This document shows positions 27,317-35,666 of a stretch of 64,000 nt of DNA, piece by piece. Source of the DNA: an uncultured delta proteobacterium. Lineage in GTDB: Bacteria > Desulfobacterota > Binatia > Binatales > Binataceae. The DNA lies in the NCBI GenBank assembly GCA_963724765.1, contig CAVRVY010000001.1, forward strand, positions 352,001 to 416,000, read 5' to 3'. Below the pieces are notes generated by a model. The model was given only the letters and a program-made list of their open reading frames with translations. It had not been told where the DNA came from and did no database searches. The translations under genes and the position numbers were made by a program. How positions within the stretch are numbered: position 1 is the stretch's first letter; every line of letters begins with the position of its first letter.

Positions 27317-28612
27317 ATGAAGACAGTGGCGGTGGTCGGCACCCAATGGGGTGACGAAGGCAAGGGCAAGATCGTCGACATGCTGGCGTCCGACGCCGAC
27401 GTCGTGGTGCGCTTCCAGGGCGGCAACAACGCCGCGCATACGCTCGTGGTCGACGGCGAAAAATTCGTCCTGCGCCTGATCCCGGCCGGCGCGTTGCATC
27501 CGGGCAAGGTCTGCGTGATCGGCAACGGCACCGTGGTCGATCCGATTGCGCTGGCCGAGGAGCTTGCGGCGCTGCGCGCTCGCGGACGCTTCCTGGACGA
27601 CTCGCTGCTCAAGCTCAGTTGCGACGCGCACATGGTGATGCCGTATCATCGCGCGATCGACCGCGCGCGCGAGGCGCGGGCCGGCCGCCGCGCTATCGGG
27701 ACCACCGGCTTCGGCATCGGGCCGGCATACGAGGACAAGATGGCGCGGGTGGGGCTGCGGTTCGACGAGCTCACCAACTTTGCGCGCTTTCGCGAGAAGC
27801 TCACACGCAACATCGCCGACAAGAACCTCTACCTGCGCGCCGTGCTCAAGGCCAAGACGCTCAAGGGGCCGGAGATCGTCGATCAGATGAAACGCGTGCG
27901 CTCCCGGACGCTGCCGTACCTGTGCGATACCGGCGCCTATCTGGCCGCGGCGGTCGCGGCGGGCAAACGCGTGCTGTTCGAGGGCGCGCACGGCACCATG
28001 CTCGACATCGACCACGGCACCTATCCGTTCGTTACCTCGTCCAATTGCATCGCGAGCGCGGTTTTTTCCGGCGCGCCGCTCGCTCCGGGCTGCCTCGACG
28101 CGGTGCTCGGCATCAGCAAGGCGTACACCACGCGGGTCGGCGGGGGGCCGTTTCCGTCGGAGATGAAAGGCTCGCTCGCCAACCGGCTGCGCACCGAGGG
28201 CGAGGAGTTCGGCAGCGCGACCGGGCGGCCGCGGCGGATCGGATGGTTCGACGCGGTCCTCGCGCGGCTGGCGGTGCGGCTTAACGGGATGTGGGGGCTC
28301 GCGCTCACCAAGCTCGACGTGCTGACCGGGATCGATCCGCTGCGGGTGTGCGTTGCGTATCAACTCGGCGCCAAGCGCTACGACGAGATGCCGCCCGGGC
28401 GCGGCACGCTGCAGCGCGCGCGGCCGGTGTACGAGGAGATGCCCGGATGGAGCGAAAGCTTAAGCGGCGCGCGCGCGTTGAGTGACCTGCCCCTTAATGC
28501 GCGGCGCTACCTGGAGCGAATCGAGGAACTCGCAGGCGTGCGGCTCGTGATGGTCGGGGTGGGCGCGGCGCGCGAGGCGACGATCGTGCTCAGCAATCCA
28601 TTTTTGGCGTAG
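27317..28612 (+). CDS. purA: Adenylosuccinate synthetase
   Basis: QWGDEGKGK, GGNNAAHT, IGTTGFGIGPAY, GTYPFVTSSN, TGRPRRIGWFD and TKLDVL. Confidence 0.97.
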   Translation: MKTVAVVGTQWGDEGKGKIVDMLASDADVVVRFQGGNNAAHTLVVDGEKFVLRLIPAGALHPGKVCVIGNGTVVDPIALAEELAALRARGRFLDDSLLKLSCDAHMVMPYHRAIDRAREARAGRRAIGTTGFGIGPAYEDKMARVGLRFDELTNFARFREKLTRNIADKNLYLRAVLKAKTLKGPEIVDQMKRVRSRTLPYLCDTGAYLAAAVAAGKRVLFEGAHGTMLDIDHGTYPFVTSSNCIASAVFSGAPLAPGCLDAVLGISKAYTTRVGGGPFPSEMKGSLANRLRTEGEEFGSATGRPRRIGWFDAVLARLAVRLNGMWGLALTKLDVLTGIDPLRVCVAYQLGAKRYDEMPPGRGTLQRARPVYEEMPGWSESLSGARALSDLPLNARRYLERIEELAGVRLVMVGVGAAREATIVLSNPFLA

Positions 28613-28626
28613 CCCCGCGCGCTCGC

Positions 28627-29817
28627 TCACGCGGCGCAGACCGCGGCTAGGCTGGAGATGGCGACGCCGCGGCGGCCCTGCCGGATCTCGTTACGGTCGA
28701 AGCCGTTGGTGCAGTAGGCGAGCGAAATTCCGCTCGCCGGATCGGCCCATCCGATTTGCCCGCCCGCGCCGCCGTGGCCGAAAGCCGCCGGCGAGTTGGT
28801 CTTGCCGAAGCCGCGGAAGTTCGCCATGCCGTCGTCGCCGGCGACCACCACGCCGAGCGCGCGGTTGACCTTGTGACCGAGAAACGGATCGGTGTAATCG
28901 CCTGAGCGCGGCCGCAGCGCCTCCGAGAGCGCTTCCGGCTTCCACAGCGGCCGTCCGTCCTTGTCGCGATTGTGCATCACGCCCTGATAAAAAAGCGCGA
29001 GCTCGGCCGCGGTCATGATTCCGCCGCCGCCGGGAACGCCCGCTTCGCGCACCGCCGGCGTATTGAAGCCCAGGATCATCTCTTCGACCACTTCGGTCTC
29101 GAGCATCGGCGGGAAGCCCATCTTGCGCAACTCTTCGTTCGACAGCGCCTCGCCGAGGTAGACGAGGTCGGCGACGCGATGATTAAGCTCCGGCGCAAGT
29201 CCGAGGTACATCCCGGGCAAGCCGAGCGGCAGCGCGATACGCTCGCGCACGAACTGGCGGAAGTCGATCCCGGCGCGCCGCTCGATTATCTCGGCGATAA
29301 CCCAGAAGCCGGCGGTCGGATGGTAGACAAAGCGGCTGCCAGGTGGAAACTCCGGACGCCATCTGGCAAAGCGCTCCAGGCGTTTGGCGCGATCGTTCCA
29401 TTCGCTCTGCGCATACGGCGCGTTGGGAAAGCCGGCGGTATGCAGGAACAGTTCTTCGACCGTGATCACGTCCTTGCCGTTGCTGCCGAACTCGGGAACG
29501 ATATCCGCCACACGTTCGCGGATGTCGAGGTTGCCCTCGCCGATCAGCAGCCACGCGGCCGCCGACACTATCGCCTTGGTGCAGGAGAAGATGATGTAGA
29601 GCGTGTCGTTAGTGGCGGGACGGTCGGCGCCGCCCTGCACGGCGTGCCCGAAGGTGCGCATCGCGCCGACCTTGCCGTGGCGCGCGACCGCGATCTGGCA
29701 CGAGGGCAGCAGGCCCTCGTTGACTTCGCGCGCGGCGCGCTCGAATAGCGCGTCGACTTTTTGCGGATCGAGGCCGGCTTCGCGGGGGCTTTCAGCAAAG
29801 AACTCGTGTGCGGACAT
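28627..29817 (-). CDS. Serine hydrolase, beta-lactamase class C/esterase family VIII
   Basis: SxxK (FSCTK), LHTAG, YH and FGHGGAGG. Confidence 0.9.
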   Translation of the reverse strand: MSAHEFFAESPREAGLDPQKVDALFERAAREVNEGLLPSCQIAVARHGKVGAMRTFGHAVQGGADRPATNDTLYIIFSCTKAIVSAAAWLLIGEGNLDIRERVADIVPEFGSNGKDVITVEELFLHTAGFPNAPYAQSEWNDRAKRLERFARWRPEFPPGSRFVYHPTAGFWVIAEIIERRAGIDFRQFVRERIALPLGLPGMYLGLAPELNHRVADLVYLGEALSNEELRKMGFPPMLETEVVEEMILGFNTPAVREAGVPGGGGIMTAAELALFYQGVMHNRDKDGRPLWKPEALSEALRPRSGDYTDPFLGHKVNRALGVVVAGDDGMANFRGFGKTNSPAAFGHGGAGGQIGWADPASGISLAYCTNGFDRNEIRQGRRGVAISSLAAVCAA

Positions 29818-29943
29818 CGTGGGTTTCTCCTCGCTGGTTTCTTCTCGGCCGGAAGAGGCTTGAGTTTGAGAAATAACATATCGGTGGTGAAGCGGTCTAT
29901 TGTTGGAAGGCTTCGCGTGTTGGAAGCTTCGCGGCGGACGAAG

Positions 29944-30040
29944 TTGTCACGGCGCGGCTATCTCTACCGTGACAATCCAGTTGCATCATGCAACCAGATG
30001 ATGCTATGAACCCTTATCGTTATGGTTGCATGATGCAACT
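29944..30040. promoter_or_regulatory. Operator-like palindromes in a divergent promoter
   Basis: TTGTCACGG/CCGTGACAA inverted repeat (29944-29975), and two GTTGCATnATGCAAC palindromes forming a perfect 18-bp inverted repeat (29979-29996 and 30023-30040). Confidence 0.75.
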
Positions 30041-30090
30041 AGCACAACTTACTGAAGAGCGCCGCTGACCGGCGCGCGGAGGAATAAAGC

Positions 30091-30726
30091 ATGGCCAGGG
30101 AGCTCGAATTTTTCTTCGACTATGGAAGTCCGTTCAGCTATCTCGCCGATACTCAGCTCACAGGACTGGCCGAGCGCACCGGCGCGCGTGTGGTCTACCG
30201 GCCGATGCTGCTCGGCGGGGTATTCAAGGAGACCGGCAACTCCTCGCCAATCGCAATCGAGGCCAAGCGAAAATACCTGATGGCCGACCTGGAGCGCTGG
30301 GCCAAGCACTACGGCGTGCCGGCGCTTCACAATGCGCATTTTCCGATCAACACGATACGCCTGATGCGCGGCGCGATCGCTGCCGAGCGCCTGGGCGTCT
30401 TCGGTGCGTATCATCGCGCAATCTTCGACGCGTTCTGGCGCGAGGGGCTCAACCTCGGCGACGCGGCGGTCGTGCGCGGGGTATTGGAGCGGGCGGGCCT
30501 GGACGCGGATCGAATTGCGGCGGCCTCCGAGGAGCAGGCGGTCAAGGACGCGCTCCGCGTTTCCACCGAATCGGCGGTCGCCCGCGGCGCGTTTGGTGCG
30601 CCGACGTTTTTCGTCGGCGAGCAGATGTTCTGGGGCAACGATCGCCTGATGTTCGTCGAGCAGGCGCTGGGCACGTTCGTAGCTCACAGCGCGAAGCCGC
30701 TTTCGCGCGCGTCTGCAAAGTTCTGA
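30091..30726 (+). CDS. 2-hydroxychromene-2-carboxylate isomerase / kappa-class GST (DsbA family)
   Basis: FFFDYGSPFSYL, PMLLGGVFK and GAFGAPTFFVG..FWGNDRL. Confidence 0.9.
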   Translation: MARELEFFFDYGSPFSYLADTQLTGLAERTGARVVYRPMLLGGVFKETGNSSPIAIEAKRKYLMADLERWAKHYGVPALHNAHFPINTIRLMRGAIAAERLGVFGAYHRAIFDAFWREGLNLGDAAVVRGVLERAGLDADRIAAASEEQAVKDALRVSTESAVARGAFGAPTFFVGEQMFWGNDRLMFVEQALGTFVAHSAKPLSRASAKF

Positions 30727-30780
30727 GCGCGTCTTGATCGCGAACGCTTCCTCTCCGGTCAGGATGACCTCAAGGGTCCA

Positions 30781-31686
30781 CTAAGCCGGGTCGGGGCCTT
30801 GCGCTGCGACCCATCCGGCGCGGCCGGGCAACGTCGCACGCACGACCTCGCACACTGGCAGTTCCGCGCCACCCAGGCGCGCCGCGACCTCGTCGAGGCG
30901 GACGAACTTCGCCCCGCGCGTTTTTAACGCGCGAATGAGGTTGGTGAAGCTCTCCAGCTCGGCCATCCCTTCGGTCTCGGCGTGTACTGTATGGACGTTG
31001 AGCCGGTCGGCGCTGAACTGGGTCAAATAAAATTCCAGCACCGCGGCCGCGTCGGGCAGGTCCTCGCGTCCCATCACCTCGTCCAGCGTCGGCAGCGTGG
31101 TTGGAATCTCGGGGGTGCTGAGGACTTCGCCCTCGACACGGCATCGAAACGGCGTCCTGCCGCGGGTGTCGCTGCGATAGCTGAGTTCCATCGAGTCGAG
31201 CAGCCTGAGCGCGATCGCGTTGGTGCGCCACCCGGGGGCCGCGAAGCCGCGTGCTCTTTCGCGGAAGATCGCGCGGTAGGCCTCGAACGCCTCGCCCAGT
31301 TCGGCGCGGATTCCTGCCTCGCCGAGTTTGTCGATTCCGTCCTGCCATCGCACATGGTCCCAGCCGTGCACGCCAACCTCGAAGCCCGCGCGCTTGAGTC
31401 CGCGCACGACGTCGGGGAGCGCAAGCGCGATCGGCCGCGCCGGCAGCAGCGTGCCGGAGAGCACCGTGCGCAGGCCGTACATCCTGACCGCCTTCGTGCG
31501 GCGCATCTTTTTCAGGAAGCCGGGATTGCGCAGCACGCGCACCACCGCGCGGCCCGAGTTGTCCGGCCCCATCGCGATATAAAAGCTCGCCGCGACGCCC
31601 TCGGCCGCGAGCATCCGCGCCAGACGCGGCACGCCGGCCTCGAGTCCCTGATGCGTGTCGACGTCAATTTTGAGTGCGACTTCCAA
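30781..31686 (-). CDS. arnD: ArnD-like polysaccharide deacetylase (undecaprenyl-P-Ara4FN deformylase)
   Basis: LKIDVDT, GPDNSGR, YGLRTVLSGTLLP, HGWDHVRWQD, AAPGW, PTTLPTLDE and HAETEG. Confidence 0.85.
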   Translation of the reverse strand: MEVALKIDVDTHQGLEAGVPRLARMLAAEGVAASFYIAMGPDNSGRAVVRVLRNPGFLKKMRRTKAVRMYGLRTVLSGTLLPARPIALALPDVVRGLKRAGFEVGVHGWDHVRWQDGIDKLGEAGIRAELGEAFEAYRAIFRERARGFAAPGWRTNAIALRLLDSMELSYRSDTRGRTPFRCRVEGEVLSTPEIPTTLPTLDEVMGREDLPDAAAVLEFYLTQFSADRLNVHTVHAETEGMAELESFTNLIRALKTRGAKFVRLDEVAARLGGAELPVCEVVRATLPGRAGWVAAQGPDPA

Positions 31687-33151
31687 ACCGTCCCCCGAGT
31701 GCTTCGATTATGCGCTCCATCTGGATGCCCCGCGAACCTTTGACCAGCACGACGTCGCCCTCCCGCACGAGCGCGCACACGAGGTCCGCGGCGGCGGCGC
31801 TGTCGGGCGCGGTGAGCACGCCAGCGCGGCCGGCAATGCCGGCTGCGCCGGCGGCGGTTGTCATCTCGGGACCCACGGCGATGAAGGCCGCGGGCGCAAG
31901 CCGCATTACGTCGGCAACAACTTCGGCATGCATCGCGGGCGCGAGTGTGCCCAGCTCCAGCATGTCGCCGAGCGCGACGACCAGGCGCGCGCCCGGCGCC
32001 CGCGCACTTTCGTGCGCGGCCTCCAGCGCCGCGCGCACGGAACGCGGGTTGGCGTTGTAAGTGTCGTCGATCACCAGCAGGCCGCCCAGCGCGCGCATCT
32101 GCAAGCGGCCGGCGACCGGCGCGACGCTTTCGAGCGCGCGGGCAACCGCGGCGAGTTCGGCCGCCGTAAGCCCGCGCGCGCGCAATGCGGCGGCGGCCGC
32201 CACGGCCGCCGCCGCATTGCGCGCCGCCGCGGCGCCGAGCAGCGCCAGCGCGGCGTCAAGCCGCGGCGGCGCGCCCGCAGCGAGTAGCCGCGGACTAAGC
32301 GCGAGCGTCACGCGCGAGCGGCCGTCGCCGGCAGGGCCGGCGGCGGCCGGCGCGCGCGCCGCGATGCGCACGTCGGCCGCCGCGTCGGCGCCGAAGGTCA
32401 CGACCTCGGCGCCGCGCGGGACGCGCTCCATCACCAGGCGCTCTTCGGCGCAGGCCACCACCGCGCGGCGCGCGGTGGTGAACAGCGCCGCCTCTTCGTC
32501 GGCGATTTCCTCCAGGCCGCCCAGCCCCTCGCTGTGCTCTACGTCGACGTTGAGCACGACGGCGACGTCGGGCTCGACGATTCGCGCAAGCCGCGCGATC
32601 TCGCCGCGCGTGTTGGTGCCGCACTCGAGCACGGCAGCGCGATGGTGCTCGGTAAGCGTGAAGATCGTCATCGGCACGCCGATCAGGTTGTTGAGGTTGC
32701 CCGGCGTGGCCAGCGTTTCTCCGAAGAGCGCGCGTACCACGGCCGCGCAGAGCTCCTTGGTGCTGGTCTTGCCCACCGCGCCGCCGATCGCGACGCATCC
32801 CATAGGATGCGCCGCGCGCGTGCGCCGCAGATGATGGCGGGCAAGATCGCCAAGGGCGGCGAGCGTGTCGTCGACTTCCACCGCTGCAAGGTTGGCGAGG
32901 TCGGTGAGGCGACGGCCGCGCTCGACTAGCGTGGCGGCCGCGCCGCGCCGCGCTGCCTCGGCTTGGTACGCATGGCCGTCGCGGCCTACGCCTTTAAGCG
33001 CCACGAACAGGGCGCCGGCGCCGACCACGCGCGTGTCGCTGATGACTCCACGGACGATCGTATCGGGCGCGCCGAACATCTCGCCGCCGGTTGCGGCGGC
33101 GATTTCGTCGAGCCTAAAAACGCACCGGTTGATCGGTATCGGCGTCGCCAT
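31664..33151 (-). CDS. murF: UDP-N-acetylmuramoyl-tripeptide--D-Ala-D-Ala ligase
   Basis: DTR, GAVGKTSTKE, GNLNNLIGVP, ECG, DDTYNANP, LGDMLELG and LVKGSRG. Confidence 0.92.
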   Translation of the reverse strand: MATPIPINRCVFRLDEIAAATGGEMFGAPDTIVRGVISDTRVVGAGALFVALKGVGRDGHAYQAEAARRGAAATLVERGRRLTDLANLAAVEVDDTLAALGDLARHHLRRTRAAHPMGCVAIGGAVGKTSTKELCAAVVRALFGETLATPGNLNNLIGVPMTIFTLTEHHRAAVLECGTNTRGEIARLARIVEPDVAVVLNVDVEHSEGLGGLEEIADEEAALFTTARRAVVACAEERLVMERVPRGAEVVTFGADAAADVRIAARAPAAAGPAGDGRSRVTLALSPRLLAAGAPPRLDAALALLGAAAARNAAAAVAAAAALRARGLTAAELAAVARALESVAPVAGRLQMRALGGLLVIDDTYNANPRSVRAALEAAHESARAPGARLVVALGDMLELGTLAPAMHAEVVADVMRLAPAAFIAVGPEMTTAAGAAGIAGRAGVLTAPDSAAAADLVCALVREGDVVLVKGSRGIQMERIIEALGGRFGSRTQN

Positions 33152-33301
33152 CGTTGCCGCCGCGCCGGGTCGCGGCCCAGGAATCTAACCGGACGAAATA
33201 GAGACCTAACAGTGATTACGTGTCTCGATGCGGCTTGACAACCGGGCCTCGGCAGACAAGCCTCGTTCCTCGGAAGCACGCGCGAGAGGAGAGGAGAGAC
33301 G

Positions 33302-33796
33302 ATGGCTCAGGCCGCATCGCCGCTGGTCGGCATAATCATGGGGAGCAAGAGCGATTGGGAGCACATGTCGGCGGCGGCCGAAATTCTGACCGAATTTAAA
33401 GTGTCACATGAGGTGAGGATTCTCTCCGCGCATCGCACGCCCGACCTCACGCTGGAGTATGCCGCGGCGGCCGTCGAACGCGGCCTGCAGGTGATGATCG
33501 CGGGCGCAGGCGGCGCCGCGCATCTGCCGGGCGTCATCGCGGCCAAGACGATACTGCCGGTGATCGGCGTGCCGATGCCGACGACGGCGCTCAGCGGAAT
33601 GGATTCGCTGCTCTCGATCGTCCAGATGCCGCGCGGCGTGCCGGTGGCGACGATGGCGATTGGCAAGGCCGGGGCCGCCAACGCGGGCTTGTTCACGGTC
33701 GCGATTCTCGCGCTCGGCCGTGAGGACCTCGCCGAGCAGTTGATCAAATGGCGGGCCGCGCGTGCGCAGGAAGTACTCAAGCAGAAGTTGCCCTGA
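33302..33796 (+). CDS. purE: N5-CAIR mutase / AIR carboxylase catalytic subunit
   Basis: [24 protein letters not shown] and [13 protein letters not shown]. Confidence 0.97.
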   Translation: MAQAASPLVGIIMGSKSDWEHMSAAAEILTEFKVSHEVRILSAHRTPDLTLEYAAAAVERGLQVMIAGAGGAAHLPGVIAAKTILPVIGVPMPTTALSGMDSLLSIVQMPRGVPVATMAIGKAGAANAGLFTVAILALGREDLAEQLIKWRAARAQEVLKQKLP

Positions 33797-33822
33797 TCGC
33801 GAAGCGTCAGGGGGGAGCGTCG

Positions 33823-34662
33823 ATGCGAGGGCTGTCGGCGAAATTCCAGGACCTTGTGAGATCGATCAAAGCCGCGGCCGTCGATGCGATTTTTTTTTCC
33901 GCGCTGGCCATCGCGCTTGTCGGCGGCGGGAAAGCGGCGCGCGCCGTTGAAGCACCCCAGATAGTGGTCAAGATCAGCGGCAAGCTGCCGGTGCCGCCTA
34001 CGACTGCGCTCGGCGTGATCGCGACCGACCCGGTCTTGCAACAGGTTCTGAGCCAGGATTTGCAGGTGGCGGGACGGCTGGCGAGCGGCGGCGCGACTTC
34101 GGAATTGACCTTGACCATCACGCTGACCCATCGTGCGCTGGAGCCGGGGATGTCGCTCAACGAGGTGGCCCCGGGCAACGGGGACGCGATAGCACTGCTC
34201 AAGCAGGCCGGGGTCAAGCCGCCGCCCTTGCCAGAACAAGCGGCATCTAATGAGAACGACGATTCCGACGAGGACGACAGCACCGCGGCCGAGGGCAACT
34301 CGCACACGAAGAACGACGTCAATAGTTACCAGCAGCAGGGCCAGATGCAGCAACAGAGCGCTCCGATGGGCGGTCCATTGCCGCCATTTCCGATGACGCA
34401 ATGGCCGGTGCCGCCGGCGACGGCGCAACAACGCTCGGCATTACCGCCCTACATGCGGCAGTATCAGCGCACCGGCCCGGTCGATGAGGCGCGCCGGGAA
34501 CGCGAGGCGAGTGCCGTATACGACACGATTTTCGTCGCACGCGCGACGGCTGGAAACGATGGCCGTGAGTTGACCGTGGTCGCAGTGGCACATCCGGGTT
34601 TCGACCCGCATGAGGCTAGGAAACTCATCGCCGAGGAAATCGCCAACAGCGTGCTCCATTAG
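33823..34662 (+). CDS. Hypothetical exported protein with acidic and Gln/Pro-rich insert
   Basis: Signal-peptide-like region ending AARA. GGGGGAG RBS. Low-complexity middle section. Confidence 0.65.
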   Translation: MRGLSAKFQDLVRSIKAAAVDAIFFSALAIALVGGGKAARAVEAPQIVVKISGKLPVPPTTALGVIATDPVLQQVLSQDLQVAGRLASGGATSELTLTITLTHRALEPGMSLNEVAPGNGDAIALLKQAGVKPPPLPEQAASNENDDSDEDDSTAAEGNSHTKNDVNSYQQQGQMQQQSAPMGGPLPPFPMTQWPVPPATAQQRSALPPYMRQYQRTGPVDEARREREASAVYDTIFVARATAGNDGRELTVVAVAHPGFDPHEARKLIAEEIANSVLH

Positions 34663-34695
34663 GAGCATCGCGCCGCAATCCTCCCGCGCCTTCGG

Positions 34696-35571
34696 CTATT
34701 CGTCGGTGCTGTCGGCGGGCGAGGTCGCGCGCGATGGAGGCATTTTTTGTGGCCGCCTGGCGGCTGGCGCCGTCGTACCGCCGACGACGCGGGTCGCGGG
34801 CATTTGCGCGGGAGCGGCGGCCTGAGGTGCCGGCGCGGCCATCGGTGCTGGCGCATCCATTGGTGCCATGGGCGCTGGCGCGGCCATCGGGGCTGGCGCT
34901 GGCGGCGGGATTGCGGCGCTTGGCGCGGATGGCGCGGCCGGCGGCGACGCCTGATGGAAACCGAACTCGCCGCTATGGCGCTCGGAGGCGATAACGTAGA
35001 GCACGACAATCGCCGACAGCACGATTATCACCACGGCCACGCGTCCCCAGGGTGAACGTTTGTGATCGTGCAGGGCCAGCGGCTCGGACATCCGCGGTAC
35101 CGCCGCGACTTCGGCGCGCTGCACCTCGCGCACGAAACGCATCGCAACCTCTTCGCCGTCGAGGTTGAGAAAGGCGGCATAGCGGCGCAGAAACGGCATC
35201 AGGTAGAGCTGATCGGAGATGAGGCCGTAGTCGCTACTCTCGATCATCTCGATGTAATGAGCGGGGATGCGGGTCTCCGCGACGACGTCGGCGCGTGAGA
35301 CGCCGCGCCGCTCGCGCGCCGCGGCCAGAGTCTTGCCCAGGCTGGGCTCGCCCTCGGCGCCCGCCTTCTGCGATTCCGATGACGACGACGGGGCCGCGCC
35401 GGCGCTGTCGGTTTTGACCCCTGCTGATGGCCTGGTTTCGCCGTCAGGCGCGGCCTGGTTGCCGGTGGTCTCGGTCGCGTTGCGAGACTTGGCGCCGGAA
35501 TCGGTTTTGTCTCCGGACTTGGTCTCGCTCCCGGAACTCACGGTTGCTTCTGTTTCCCGTGCGGCAGCCAT
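34696..35571 (-). CDS. RodZ-like HTH membrane protein
   Basis: LGKTLAAARERRGVS..VVAETRI...IEMIE...FLRRYAAFLNLD (HTH_25), one TM, Pro/Ala-rich periplasmic tail. Confidence 0.8.
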   Translation of the reverse strand: MAAARETEATVSSGSETKSGDKTDSGAKSRNATETTGNQAAPDGETRPSAGVKTDSAGAAPSSSSESQKAGAEGEPSLGKTLAAARERRGVSRADVVAETRIPAHYIEMIESSDYGLISDQLYLMPFLRRYAAFLNLDGEEVAMRFVREVQRAEVAAVPRMSEPLALHDHKRSPWGRVAVVIIVLSAIVVLYVIASERHSGEFGFHQASPPAAPSAPSAAIPPPAPAPMAAPAPMAPMDAPAPMAAPAPQAAAPAQMPATRVVGGTTAPAARRPQKMPPSRATSPADSTDE

Positions 35572-35666
35572 CCACCGTCCCCTCCCCCCGGATAATGCAG
35601 GACGCGCGGTGCCGCGTCACCTGATGGAAACTTACAATTAGCGCGCGGTGAAACCAAGTCCCCGTC

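Noticed and set aside
27242-27317. Missing hisZ between serA and purA, and purE without purK
   Set aside because: Ordinary gene-order variation that cannot be judged without the rest of the genome.
28627-29817. Beta-lactamase resistance gene
   Set aside because: No signal peptide, and the motifs fit cytoplasmic family VIII esterases rather than true AmpC.
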